Below, in pieces: positions 39,766 to 51,030 of a stretch of DNA of 64,000 nt. Source of the DNA: Candidatus Spongiisociaceae bacterium (GTDB lineage Bacteria > Actinomycetota > Acidimicrobiia > Spongiisociales > Spongiisociaceae); NCBI GenBank assembly GCA_965262915.1, contig OZ253564.1:128001-192000 (forward strand), in the 5' to 3' direction. The first letter of the stretch is position 1; each line of letters starts with the position of its first letter. The notes below the pieces were generated by a model. That model was not told the origin of the DNA, did no database searches, and saw only the letters and a list, made by a program, of their open reading frames with translations. Both the position numbers and the translations under genes were made by a program.

Positions 39766-41346
39766 TCAGGCCCTGAGCACCGCGCCGTGGCGGGCTCCGG
39801 TCTCGGCGCCAGACACGATCGTCGGACCGCCGTTCACGATGAGGTGCTCGACCCCTACCGCCAGCCGGTTGGGATCTTCGAGGGAACCACGCTCGGCGAA
39901 CCGGTCGCCGTCGAACACCGCGATGTCGGCCCTATGACCCTCACGTAGCTCACCGCGGTCGGCCAGCCCTACGCGGCCCGCCGGCTGCGCCGTGAGCTTG
40001 TGAACGGCCTCCTCGAGGGACAGGTGCGACGCCTCGCGCACCATGTGGCGGAAGAACCACGAGGCCCAGGTGTATGCGCCGAGGAAGGTCGTTTCGGCGA
40101 GCGGCCCGTCGATGCACAGCGCGGTGGCATCCGACTCCGTCGTGCATAGAGGATGGCGGAAGATCTCGGTCAGCATGTCCTCCTCGTAGCTGTGGACGAT
40201 GACCAGAGCCGGGTGGGGATCGTCGCCTTCGGCGAGGAGAAGGTCGTAGATCGTGTCGAACACGTCGCCTCCTGGCGGAGTCAGGTCGGCCAGCGACCTT
40301 CCGACCCCCTCCGGCGACCCGTCGCTGGCGAACAAGAAGACGCGATCCCAGCCCCCCAGCCCGAACGACGAGATGATGCTCTCATAGCGCTTGAGGCGGC
40401 GTCTCGCCGCCGGATCACGCAATCGGGCCGCGAGGTCGGCCGGTCCGCCTTCGAGCGCCCACTGCGGCAGGGAGGCGCTGAGGTTGGTGATGCCGTGGAG
40501 CCGTGTGTGTGCATCGAACTGCACGTCGAGCCCGTCGGCGACCGCGGCCTCGGCGAGCCCGATCATGGCCTCCAGGGCGCCGTCGGGAGCGCCGCGGTGG
40601 GGGATCAGATGCGAGAGCTGCAGCCTGACGCCCGATGCCATCGAGGCCCTGATGCCCTCTTCGACGGCCTCGATCGCAAGCAAGTCGCGCTCCCTCTCAT
40701 GGGTGGCGTAGAGCCCGCCGCGTGCTGCGACGATGCGGCACAACTCGATGATCTCCTCTTCGGATGCATGGTGCTCAGGCAGGTACTCCAGGCCGGTAGA
40801 CAGCCCGAAAGCGCCGGCGTCCAGGGCGGCTTCGAGCAGCCTCGCCATGTCGCGGGTCTCGGAGGCCATTGCCGGTCGGGCCACATCATCGACTGCAGCG
40901 ATCCGGAGGTTGCCGTTGGGAACCAGGGTGGCAACGTTCACCACGGGGCGGAACTCGTCGAGAAGATCCAGGTAGTCGCCGAGGCTCCCCCAGTCGATCT
41001 TGAGCAGATCCTAGTACCCGTAGATGTTGCCCTTGAAGCGCTCGATGTCGCCCACGAAGGGCCCGCAGCCGTGGCCGCAGTTGCCGACCAACTCGGTGGT
41101 CACCCCCTGGTAGATCTGGCTCTGGGCCCTGGGGTCGACGAGCAGCGTGAAGTCCGAGTGGCTGTGGATGTCGACGAAGCCGGGAGCGACCACCATTTCG
41201 GCGGCGTCGAGCGTGAGCGACGCCTCCCCACTCCGCAGATTCCCGATTGCGGCGATCCGGTCGCCGTTCACACCGATGTCGGCGTTGCGGCCGGGAGCTC
41301 CCGTTCCGTCCACGACGAAGCCGCCGCTCACAACGATGTCAAACAT
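39766..41346 (-). pseudogene. N-acyl-D-amino-acid deacylase with an in-frame TAG at 41011-41013
   Basis: VDGTG, PGFVDIHSHSD, GNCG, GLSTGLEY, ATH.R and GHRADI motifs. The two ORFs share a frame. Confidence 0.88.
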
Positions 41347-41357
41347 CGGTCTTCCCC

Positions 41358-42338
41358 TCACCACGCATCGGCGTAGAAGTTGCGAGGCCACGAGTGGTCC
41401 CGCAACTTCTCGAGCACCTCAGACACCAACAGCCGCCCGTCTGAGACGGCGCAATTCTGGCCCACATGAGCCAGCGAGCGCATCCCCGGGATAACGGTGG
41501 ACACCGCGTCCTCGCTGAGACAGAAGCGCAGTGCGCCTTCGGCGAGGCTCGAGGCGTGCTCGGCGAGGGTCTCCGCTACTGCTCCGGCCCGGGCTACCGT
41601 CTCGGCCAGGCGGCCGCCTTTGAAGTAGCCGCGGCGCCAGTCACCGGCCGCAAACACGGTGTCGGAGCGGAGGGCACCAGTGAGGCCGCCCTCGTCGAAT
41701 GGAGAACGGGCGATCACGCCGATGTCGAGTTCCTCGCATCGGGGCAGCAGGCGCTCGTGTGCCGACTGGTCGAAGAGGTTGTAGATCACCTGCACGGTGT
41801 CCACCAGTCCCGATTCCAACAGGCGCAGCACCGAATCGGGCTCATGATCGTTAGTGGACACCCCGAAGAACCGGATCTTGCCCCCATTCTTGAGCGCCGA
41901 CACCGCGTCCGCCCACTGGCCCTGGTCGGTCCAGGAGTCGGCCCAGAAGTGGAATTGCTGGAGATCGATGTGGTCGGTGCCGAGACGGCGCAGGCTCTCC
42001 TCGGTGCACGATCGAATCCACCCCGGTGAATAGCAGTCCTCGACCGCCATGTCGTCGGTAGCGGGCCACACACGTGTCTCGAGCGGGACCTTGGTAGCGA
42101 CAATGGGTGTGACATCCGGTCGGCTTACGAGGACCTCGCCTATCAACTCCTCCGACCGGCCTTCGCCGTATCCGTACGCCGTGTCGATGAAGTTGACGCC
42201 CAAGTCCAAAGCGTGATGGAGGGCTTGCTTGGACCCCTCGTCGTCTCGCTCGCCCCAAGCCAGCCCACCGATGCCCCACGTCCCGATGCCGACTTCCGAC
42301 ACTTCCAGCCCGGTACACCCGAGCTTTCGGTAGCGCAT
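41358..42338 (-). CDS. Aldo/keto reductase
   Basis: GTWGIGG, FIDTA.GYG, ATK, SLRRLGTD.IDL and VIPGM motifs. Confidence 0.93.
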   Translation of the reverse strand: MRYRKLGCTGLEVSEVGIGTWGIGGLAWGERDDEGSKQALHHALDLGVNFIDTAYGYGEGRSEELIGEVLVSRPDVTPIVATKVPLETRVWPATDDMAVEDCYSPGWIRSCTEESLRRLGTDHIDLQQFHFWADSWTDQGQWADAVSALKNGGKIRFFGVSTNDHEPDSVLRLLESGLVDTVQVIYNLFDQSAHERLLPRCEELDIGVIARSPFDEGGLTGALRSDTVFAAGDWRRGYFKGGRLAETVARAGAVAETLAEHASSLAEGALRFCLSEDAVSTVIPGMRSLAHVGQNCAVSDGRLLVSEVLEKLRDHSWPRNFYADAW

Positions 42339-42339
42339 C

Positions 42340-43044
42340 TCAACCTTCCGGGGGAAGCGGATTCCACTCTTCGTAGGTCATCCCGACGGCTTGTCGAGGC
42401 TCCTTGGTGCGGACGTGGTTGTAAATGTGCAGGTACGGCCGGTAGACATGGAGCAGGGAGCGAAGCTCGCCGACGGCGTCGGACGCGTGGAAGTCGATGC
42501 GCAAATCGATGTCGGGAAACGTATCCGTCTCGGCCACCACCAGCGTGGCCGAGCGCTCGTAGAAGTCCCCGCCCTGGCCTCCGGCATCGCGACCGGCCTC
42601 CAGGCCGGCCACCAAGCGATCCTCCACAGGATTACCCGCCGCCGACTCGAACGCATCGGCCATCGCTTCGACCACCCCTTCACCCTCGAGGGCGTTCCCC
42701 GTGGCGATGTAGCCGTCGCCGATGACGTGGCCGGACCAGTAGCCTGTCCTGTCCCCGGTGTGCGCAGCGGCGACCCCGTCCGGGGTCAGCACTGCCGTCT
42801 GGCGAAAGGCGTAGTCGGGATCAACGTCGGCCAACCCAGTGACGACTTCCCCAGGAGAGAGACCGCGCTCCAGCATGCCGGTTGCCACGGGGAGCAACCT
42901 GGGATCGGCGTACGCCTGGCTGGCGATCGCGCCGACCCCAGACCGGACCACCTGACAGTACCCGCCGGCGGCGATCGAGTGGGTGGCAATGCCGACGCCG
43001 ACACGGCCCGTCGCAAAGTCACATCCGAGGATCGTGTAAGTCAT
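42340..43044 (-). CDS. DUF1028 family (Ntn-hydrolase-like) protein
   Basis: MTYTI...GVG.AT, GVGAIASQ, RQ, HTG, GN.L, AGG, SA and DLRID motifs. Confidence 0.85.
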   Translation of the reverse strand: MTYTILGCDFATGRVGVGIATHSIAAGGYCQVVRSGVGAIASQAYADPRLLPVATGMLERGLSPGEVVTGLADVDPDYAFRQTAVLTPDGVAAAHTGDRTGYWSGHVIGDGYIATGNALEGEGVVEAMADAFESAAGNPVEDRLVAGLEAGRDAGGQGGDFYERSATLVVAETDTFPDIDLRIDFHASDAVGELRSLLHVYRPYLHIYNHVRTKEPRQAVGMTYEEWNPLPPEG

Positions 43045-43084
43045 GTCGCCATTCCGCCTTTGCTGGTCATTGCTGGTCCGGGCC

Positions 43085-43256
43085 GAGCCAACCGAACTCG
43101 GAGACCGTTGACCAGGCGGTGGCATTGCGCCCCGTCCATTTCGAGCTTACGGCTCATCTCGGTGATGCCGAGCCCGGTGGGGTGATCCACGAGAAGCTCG
43201 AGTGCGCGCAGAGAGTTGACTCCGCTCAACTGTCGCGTTCTCTTTGGTTCCGTCAT
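43085..43256 (-). pseudogene. IclR-family regulator HTH fragment
   Basis: SLRALELL....GLGITEMSRKLEM..AQCHRLVNGL; no effector domain follows. Confidence 0.7.
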
Positions 43257-43345
43257 GTGGTAGCGCCGCGTGTAAACCGTTATCTTACCGGTCGCCCTGT
43301 TGACTGGGCAAAGAGTTTTGACTCTACTCATTCGGGGTGCGATTC

Positions 43346-43610
43346 ATGGATGCTGAACTGGCTGGCTGGCAGTTCTGGATCGATCGCGGCGGCACGTTCA
43401 CCGACATCGTGGCGCGCACGCCGGCAGGTAGCGTGCTCACGCACAAGCTGCTCTCTGACAACCCCAGGCACTACGACGACCCCGCCATAGAGGGCATCCG
43501 ACGGCTGATCTCCACCGATCCCGACGCCGGCCCCGTCGAGGCGGTGCGTATGGGCACCACGGTCGCCACGAACGCACTGCTCGAGAGAGCAGGCGAGCGC
43601 ACGTTGTTCG
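43346..43610 (+). pseudogene. 5-oxoprolinase N-terminal fragment
   Basis: [13 protein letters not shown]...KLLS.NP...[13 protein letters not shown], cut at the IS256 fragment. Confidence 0.88.
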
Positions 43611-44308
43611 TACGTCAGGATCTCATCTACGGCCTGATCAAGGTGATCGGCAGCATCAGTGAGTCCAGCTTCGGTGAGGTGGCCGACGACACGGTGGTGC
43701 TGGGCCCACACCTGATCCGGGTCGGGTTGGGCGAATATGGTGCGCACCGTGGTGGCGACCATCGACCCGGAGCTTTTCGGCACCTTGGTCAATAGGTTGG
43801 CCAGGTAATGGGTTCGGCATCGTTGCCACGAAGCACCGGCCATAGTGATCTCTATGGTGTCGACGAGGCCGGTGTGGTCGTCGGAGATCACCAGCTGCAC
43901 TCCAGAGAGTCCACGGGCGACCAGGGACGGAAGAAGGCGAGCCAGCCGCGCCGTCCTCTGTGGTGGCCAGGTCGAGTCCGAGGATCTCACGGTGGCCCTC
44001 TGAGTTGACGCCCACAGCGAGGAGGCAGGCGATGTTGACGATGCGGCCACGGACCTTCATCGTCAACGCGTCGGCCCACACATAGGTGTACGGGCCGGCA
44101 TCGAGGGGCCGGTCCCGGGAATCAGCGTCCATCTCGTCGAGGTCTTTGGCCATCTCTGAAACGTGGGACTTCGACAACGACGTAACACCGAGCGTCTCCA
44201 CGAGACCCTCCACTCGGCGGGTCGATACCCCACGGACATAGGCTTCGGTAACGACCTGGATGAACGCCCGTTCCGACCGGGTCCGAGCATCGAGGAGCCA
44301 CTCCGGGA
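43611..44308 (-). mobile_element. IS256 (Mutator) transposase internal fragment, frameshifted
   Basis: GVSTRRV, LSKS.VS, REILG, ARGL.GV.LVISD and WQRC.THY motifs; no IS ends seen. Confidence 0.88.
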
Positions 44309-44588
44309 CTCACCGTGGAACGAGTCGCACCTCATCTTCGGACGAGACCACTGGGTCTCGGACCAGGAGCGGGTAGAGACGCTCGCCCGGTTGTGCGCAG
44401 ACGGCTACAGCAAGCAGGTCATGATTGCGCACGACCACTGTCTCAAGGTGCACTTCGCCGAGCACGGCGGCAAGGGATGGGTGTACACTCTGACCGAGGT
44501 GGTTCCGATGCTGCGCGAGGCCGGGGTCACCGAAGATCAGTTGAACGATATCCTGGTGGAGAACCCGAAGCGGATCTTCGCCGTCTGA
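44308..44588 (+). pseudogene. PTER-like gene C-terminal fragment
   Basis: PWNESHLIFG.DHWVSD.ERVETLAR...NPKRIFAV matches 16748-17800. Confidence 0.88.
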
Positions 44589-44596
44589 GGGTTGAG

Positions 44597-44965
44597 ATGA
44601 TGAAGATCGGCGCGGTCATGCTCTACGTCGACGATTTCGACACGGCACTCGAGCTCTATCGCGACACCGTAGGCCTGGATGTTGCCGACATAGACCCCGG
44701 AGCCGGTTACCAGCCGTTGGTCGACTTCGCATTCCTGACGTCGGACCGAGCAGCGCTCGAGATATTCGATCGCGCCACCCACGGCTCCGGCATCACGGAC
44801 GATGAGGCAGGGCGGGTGCACATCGGGCTGGAAGTGGCCGATCTGGCAACGGAAAGGGACCGCCTCGACGCGATGGGCGCTACCGAGACCCGCGACTGGG
44901 GGACGTACTTCGTCCTGTCCGACCCCGAAGGCAACCGGCTACAGGCCTACCAGTTCGCAGGATGA
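44597..44965 (+). CDS. VOC/glyoxalase family protein
   Basis: Paralog of 16339-16716; DPEGN motif. Confidence 0.85.
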   Translation: MMKIGAVMLYVDDFDTALELYRDTVGLDVADIDPGAGYQPLVDFAFLTSDRAALEIFDRATHGSGITDDEAGRVHIGLEVADLATERDRLDAMGATETRDWGTYFVLSDPEGNRLQAYQFAG

Positions 44966-46203
44966 TCGACCTCACCGACGCCGGCGTAGTCGATTTCCAT
45001 GCCCACATGTCGCTCCAGATCGGTGTGGGCGAGCTGATCCGGCGCGACGTGACCACGCAACTGAACCTCTTCCACGGCACGCCGGGCACGTCATATCGCT
45101 GGGACGATCTTGAACCGGCCCCCGACTACGAGCGCGGCATGGCGCAATGGGCCCACCCGCTCAACTCGCAGTACCGCATGCTGATCAGGTACGTGGCCGG
45201 GGCCCTGGGATGCGAGCCCGATGTCGTGGAGATCGACGAAACGCTCTCTGCCACGATGGAGCAGGGCTTCAGCATGTATCTGGAATCGGTGCTCGACCGG
45301 GAGCGTATCGACCTCGTCGTGCTCGACCTGCTCGGCGAGTTGCGTGACGGGGCCGCCGGATTCCCGGACGACCGTTATGTGTGGATCTACGGAATCACCC
45401 CGTTGCTCTCTCCACTTGCCGTGATCGAGAGCGGCATCACTTCGCTCGACGACGCCATCAGGTGGGTCGACGAGTCGATCGACAGTGCCGTGGCGCAAGG
45501 GTGCGTCGGGTTCAAGAACCTGATGGGCTACTACCGCGCGCTCGACGTCTCGAGGCCCACCGCCGATGAAGCCGCTTCCGGGCTGCGCCAGGTAGCGGCG
45601 ACGCCCCCGGCCGACGTGAAAGAGTCGTTCCTGTACGGGCGTGTCGGGATCTACGACGAGGCGGCCGGGCGCGCGGCGCGGGCATACGAGGACTTCGTGA
45701 TCCGCCACATCGTCGCCCGCGCCGGCGATCTCGGCCTGCTGCAGCTGATTCACACCGGGGCCCAGTACTCGCCCAACCAGAACCTGCACGCCGCGGATCC
45801 GGCACGCTTGTTCTCCCTTTTCTCGGACCCGGCTTCGAACGGAACGACGTTCGTCATGCTCCATGCCGGGGCGCCGTACCACGAGAACGCCGCCTACATG
45901 GCCTGGCAGTTTCCCAACGTGTACGTCGACCTGTCCCACACGATGCGGATACCGGGGCGCCTCAATTCGATTCTGAGCACCATTCTGTCCATAGCTCCTG
46001 CGCACAAGGTGCTCTACGGCAGCGATTCCTACGCATCGGCCGAATGGCTCGGCTACAGCGCACACCGGATGCGGAAACATCTGGCACTCGTGCTGAGCGA
46101 TCTCTCTGCCGACCTGGAGTGGACCGAGGCGGAGGCCGAACAAGCCGGCCGGATGGTGCTCGGAGACAACGCCAGGGCCATACTGCCCGGTGTCGCTCGG
46201 TGA
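44962..46203 (+). CDS. Amidohydrolase (FluG N-terminal / nodulin-6-like subgroup)
   Basis: DFHAH, VGFK...YYR, IHTG, MLHAG, NVYVDLS and LYGSD motifs. Confidence 0.85.
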   Translation: MIDLTDAGVVDFHAHMSLQIGVGELIRRDVTTQLNLFHGTPGTSYRWDDLEPAPDYERGMAQWAHPLNSQYRMLIRYVAGALGCEPDVVEIDETLSATMEQGFSMYLESVLDRERIDLVVLDLLGELRDGAAGFPDDRYVWIYGITPLLSPLAVIESGITSLDDAIRWVDESIDSAVAQGCVGFKNLMGYYRALDVSRPTADEAASGLRQVAATPPADVKESFLYGRVGIYDEAAGRAARAYEDFVIRHIVARAGDLGLLQLIHTGAQYSPNQNLHAADPARLFSLFSDPASNGTTFVMLHAGAPYHENAAYMAWQFPNVYVDLSHTMRIPGRLNSILSTILSIAPAHKVLYGSDSYASAEWLGYSAHRMRKHLALVLSDLSADLEWTEAEAEQAGRMVLGDNARAILPGVAR

Positions 46204-46282
46204 GCGACCAGGCCCATTTCCAGGCATGTCAACGGATTTGACTCACTACTAAGGTCGGAGCCGAGCATCAGGGAGCTCGGGG

Positions 46283-46962
46283 ATGGTCCGCGAGTTCAGC
46301 GAGGAGCAGATAAAGCAGTATCGGGAAGACGGGTTTCTCATCGTCGAGAACCTGATGTCGAGAGAGGTGGCCGCGACACTCGCAGAGCGCTTCGAGCACA
46401 TCTTCGACGGACATCACGACCTCGTGAACTGGCCGGACCAGGTCTACTGGCAGAAGGGGCGTGATCCCGAAGATGCTCACCGCGTGCTGGCAGGTCTCTA
46501 GCGGGCAGACTCGGTCATTGCCAGGGAGACCTTCTCCGGTGACTTCGGGCGGCTGGCCTGCCAGCTCGAAGGAGCGTCCTCCGCTCGGCTGTGGGCGGAC
46601 GTCGCGATGTACAAGCCGGAGGGCGGTAAGCCGTTCGACATCCACCAGGACGCGGCATATATGGGCTGGGTGCAGCCGGTATGGAACTGGACCTGCTGGA
46701 TCGCGCTCGACGACACCTATGCCGATGGGGGAACCCTCGTATACGTCAGGGGGAGCCACAAGTGGGGCCCGCAACCGACGCCGGGGACTCAGATCATCGC
46801 CAAGGACATGGACAGTTGGACCGACTACGTCGGGCAGTTTGCGCCCGAAGGCGAGGAGGTCGAGTTGGTTCCCCTGGTATTCGGGGCGGGGTCGGCGGCC
46901 TTCCACACGGGCTGGATCTGGCATGGAAGCGGGCCGAACACGCGTCCCGGCAACATCCGGCG
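46283..46962 (+). pseudogene. PhyH dioxygenase paralog with an in-frame TAG (46499-46501) and 3' truncation
   Basis: Close paralog of 14531-15481, with Trp replaced by TAG. Confidence 0.9.
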
Positions 46963-47306
46963 GAAAGCTGACCGGCAAATACCGCCGGAACGAGCCCCCC
47001 CGAAAAGGAACCCGTTTGGCCGTGCTCCATCGAGCGAACCGGTTCCTCAACGACGCGAACACCCAGATCGTGGAAGAACTGCGGCGCTTCTGTTCGGAGC
47101 GCGACCACACGGTGCTGGACCTCGCCATCTCCTGGCTCGTCACCCAACCGGTCGTTGCCACGGTCATCGCGGGGGCCACCACTGCCGAGCAGATTCGGAG
47201 CAATGCCATGGCAGGGTCGTGGAAGCTGACTGCGGCCGATCTCGCCGATATCGATCGGATCACGAGATCCGGGCACGACGGTCGATTGCCGCGAATCCGC
47301 CAGTGA
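46963..47306 (+). pseudogene. Aldo/keto reductase C-terminal fragment
   Basis: LTGKYRR...LAISWL..QP.VA.VIAGAT..EQ...N pattern, fused to the PhyH remnant. Confidence 0.75.
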
Positions 47307-47340
47307 ATCCTGCGTAGCCTTTACTTCCCGAGGGTTTGGG

Positions 47341-47677
47341 CGACGACACGGTGGTGCTGGGCCCACACCTGATCCGGGTCGGGTTGGGCGAATATGGTGC
47401 GCACCGTGGTGGCGACCATCGACCCGGAGCTTTTCGGCACCTTGGTCAATAGGTTGGCCAGGTAATGGGTTCGGCATCGTTGCCACGAAGCACCGGCCAT
47501 AGTGATCTCTATGGTGTCGACGAGGCCGGTGTGGTCGTCGGAGATCACCAGCTGCACTCCAGAGAGTCCACGGGCGACCAGGGACGGAAGAAGGCGAGCC
47601 AGCCGCGCCGTCCTCTGTGGTGGCCAGGTCGAGTCCGAGGATCTCACGGTGGCCCTCTGAGTTGACGCCCACAGCGT
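47341..47677 (-). mobile_element. IS256 transposase internal fragment (copy of ~43684-44019)
   Basis: Apparently identical to part of 43611-44308. Confidence 0.88.
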
Positions 47678-48321
47678 ACACCACGTCCGTGGACGCAACT
47701 CTGATTCTCTTCGAGCCGCCGTATCCACATGTCACGCCATCGATCTCCTACGACACGAGGATCCGGCGGTCGAGCATTGAAGGCAAGCATGCTTGTGGAC
47801 CACCACAACATGTCCGATGCGAGGACGCAACCGCCCATGTAATGGACGTCGTCGGCGTAACGATCATCTGTCGAACACACACTGATGATGGCCTTTAGCG
47901 CGGGAGGTCTCAACGCTGCTACCTGGAGACTGTTGAAACCACCCCAGGAGATGCCGAACATCCCGACACTGCCCGAGCACCAAGGTTGCTTCGCGAGCTA
48001 ATCGATTACCTCTGTGGCATCCGCCTGTTCCTGGGGGAGGTATTCGTCCTCGAGAATGCCGTCGGAATTACCGCTCCCTCTCATGTCCACGCGTACTGCT
48101 GCGTAGCCATGGCCGGCAAGGTAGGGGTGACGGATCGAGTCCATCTCAATCGTCCAGTCATCCTTCCGATACGGAAGGTATTCCAAGATGGCAGGAACCG
48201 GAACCGTGGCAGCACTGGTCGGTAGCCAAATCGTCGCACTCACGCGAATCCCGTCAGACAGCGGTATCCATACATCCTTGAGAACTCGTACCTCGTGCGG
48301 GAATCCCCTTACGATTCTCAC
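47678..48321 (-). pseudogene. CocE/NonD (S15-type) N-terminal part with an in-frame TAG (47998-48000)
   Basis: WIPLSDG, EYLPYRK.D, VDMRGSG.S.G, D*LAKQPWC and GISWGG motifs. Confidence 0.88.
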
Positions 48322-48328
48322 CCGGCTC

Positions 48329-50779
48329 CTATCGACGCGTGGCCCGCGACGTTGACCCGGTGCCGCCGGTTCGCATCGCCGTGCCGTTCGGGTCGTAGGG
48401 TGAGGGGGCGATTACCCGCACACGGCGTTGGACCCCGACGATGTGGGTTGTGAGTTCGGTTCCTTCTGCGGTGTGCTCCCGGTCGATGAGGGCCATGGCG
48501 AGGCTCTTGCCGGTGGTATGGCCGTAGTCGCCCGAGGTGATGTAGCCGACCCTTCGGTCGCCGTTCCACACCGGCTCGTACCCGGTGGCGTCCGCATCGG
48601 TGGCTTCCACTTCGAGGGTGACCAGCCTCCTTGTGGCGCTGTCGTTGTCCCGCTCCTTGCGGGCCGCCCCGGAGCCGATGAAGTCGTCCTTGGACCAGTC
48701 GATCCATCGGTCCATTCCGGTCATGGCCGGGGTGTACTCCTGGCGGAACTCAGTCGACCAGACGCCGAAGCTCTTCTCGATCCGGAGCGAGAGCAGCGCG
48801 TTGTAGCCGTACTCGATCGCATCGAGACCGTCGGCGGCCTCGAGAAGGAGGCGGCGCAGGGCGATGTGCTCGGCGGCCGAGCAGTGGATCTCATACCCGA
48901 GCTCTCCGGTGACCGAGATCCGACCCACCCGGGCGCGGATCATGCCGACGTCGAGCTCACGACACCTCATGAAACGCATCCCCTCCGCCGAGACGTCATC
49001 CGACGTGACCCGTCGCAACAGCTCACGAGAACACGGCCCCGAAAGCAAAAAGCCAACAACTGCATCGGAGATGTCACGCACCGTCACCCCGCCGCTGAGG
49101 TGGTCGTTGAACCAGCGCATGTGCCAGGCCCGCAGGTAATACGAGCCCACGATCCACCACGTGCCATCCCCCCAGTTGAACAACGTCAAGTCTCCTTTGA
49201 GCCGGCCGTCGTGGCCCAACATCGGGGCAAGCTTGATCCGCCCCGGTGCGGGCAACGCGCTGGCAAAGAGCCGATCGAGCCACGCCGCGGCGTCGGGACC
49301 GGTGACCTCGTACCGGGAGAACCCGGCAATATCGAGGATCCCCACACCGGAACGCACCTGGCGGCACTCTTCGCCGACGATGTCAAACGCGTTGGAGCGG
49401 CGCAACGTCGGCACCTCCACGAAGCCCTCGGGGGCGAAGTAGATCGAGACCTCGAGACCATACGAGCACCCCCACTGCGCCCCCGCCGCGGTCATCGCAT
49501 CGTACGCCGGGGCCATCCGCAGCGGCCGGCCCGCCCACAACTGCTCGTTCGGGTAGGTGATCACAAACCGACGCGAATAGAACTGCCCGGTCATCTGGCG
49601 GATGTACTCACGGTTCTGGGCGAAGGACCCGAAACCGGCCACGTCCATCGCAAAGATATCCTCCTCCGGCTCCCCCTCGATCATCCACTCCGCCAGCGAC
49701 CTGCCCACGCCGCCACCCTGGAGGAAACCGGCCATCACCGCACACGCCGACCAGTAGTTGCGCAACCCAGGCACCGGACCCACCAGCGGGTTGCCGTCCG
49801 GTGAGAACGTGAACGCCCCGTTCACCCAGCGGCTGATACCGGTGTGCTCGAGGACCGGGTAGCGGGACATCGCAAACGACAGCTCACTCGAGATCCGATC
49901 CACGTCCGGTGGGATCAACTCCAGGCCGTAATCCCACGGCGCACCATCCATGTTCCAATGCCGGTAATCGCGCTCATAGACCCCGACCAACACCCCCTAG
50001 AGCTCCTGACGCAAATAGGTATACCCCTCCAAGTCGATCATCATCGGCACCTCGAAGTCGAGCGCCGCGATCTCGGGGATCGTCTCGGTAACCAAATAGT
50101 GATGCTGCATCGGCGAGACAGCAAGCTCCACCCCCGCCATCCGTCCCACCTGCTTGGCCCACAACCCGGCGGCGTTCACAACGTGCTCCGCGACGATGGT
50201 TCCCAGCTCGGTCACCACCTCCCACGACCCGTCACGGCGTGGGTGCAGCTCGACCACCCGGTTGTGTTCGATCACCTCGCCACCCCGCAACCGGGCAGCC
50301 TTGGCGTAGGCATGGACCACCGCCGACGGATCGATATAGCCCTCACGATCCGCCCACAGACCCCCAAGCACATCAGCGACGTTCATGATCGGACACCACT
50401 GCTCGATCTCATCCGGGTCGATCAGCCGCACGTCCTCGATACCCATCGTCTGGAACACCCGATACGCCGCCTGCAACCACTCCCACCTCTCCGGCACCGA
50501 AGCCACCGAGATGCCACCTGTCATATGCATCCCCACGTCGAGGCCCGACTCCTCCCCGATCTCCGATAGCAGATCGATCGTGTACGCCTGCAGAGCCGCA
50601 ATATTCGGATCAGCGTTGAGAGCATGCACAGCGCCGGCGGCGTGCCAACTCGACCCAGCCGTCAACACCTCACGCTCCACAATCGCCACGTCGCTCCAAC
50701 CCAGCTTCGCCAAGTGATACAGCACACTGGCGCCGACCACGCCGCCCCCGATCACCACCACCCGGTACTGCGACTTCAC
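48329..50779 (-). pseudogene. GcvT-family FAD amine dehydrogenase (dimethylglycine/sarcosine dehydrogenase-like), in-frame TAG at 49997-49999
   Basis: GGGVVG, GSSWHAAG, FSPDG and SLRIEK motifs. The duplicate copy has CAG at the stop position. Confidence 0.9.
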
Positions 50780-51030
50780 GATCCCTGCAGTCCTGGCTTC
50801 ACGTCGAGGACAGCACCCGTGGCTTCCTGGAGGACGGTTGAGCCCGCCACCATGGTGAGCGCGATCCAGCCGTTCGCTTTCTCAGCCAGAAAGAGGCGGT
50901 AGCACTCGTTCGGCATACCGTCTTCGGAATAGAAGTGCTCATGCGCCGTCGACATCATCCGGTTGCGGAGCGGCAAGTTCTTCAACGCGGGTCTGAGCAG
51001 CGGGTCGCGAAACGACATGGCGCGCATCAC
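50776..51030 (-). pseudogene. NADH:flavin oxidoreductase (old yellow enzyme; N-methylproline demethylase-like) fragment
   Basis: DPLL.P.LK.L.LRNR.MSTAHE..Y.EDGMP...AEKA.G..ALTM.AGS; most of the gene is deleted. Confidence 0.75.

Noticed and set aside
41011-49999. Amber recoding or pyrrolysine as the explanation for the in-frame TAGs
   Set aside because: TAG ends many intact genes here (e.g. 3460, 25108, 28394). The replaced residues differ (Trp and Gln), the genes lie in a decayed region, and no pyl genes are seen.
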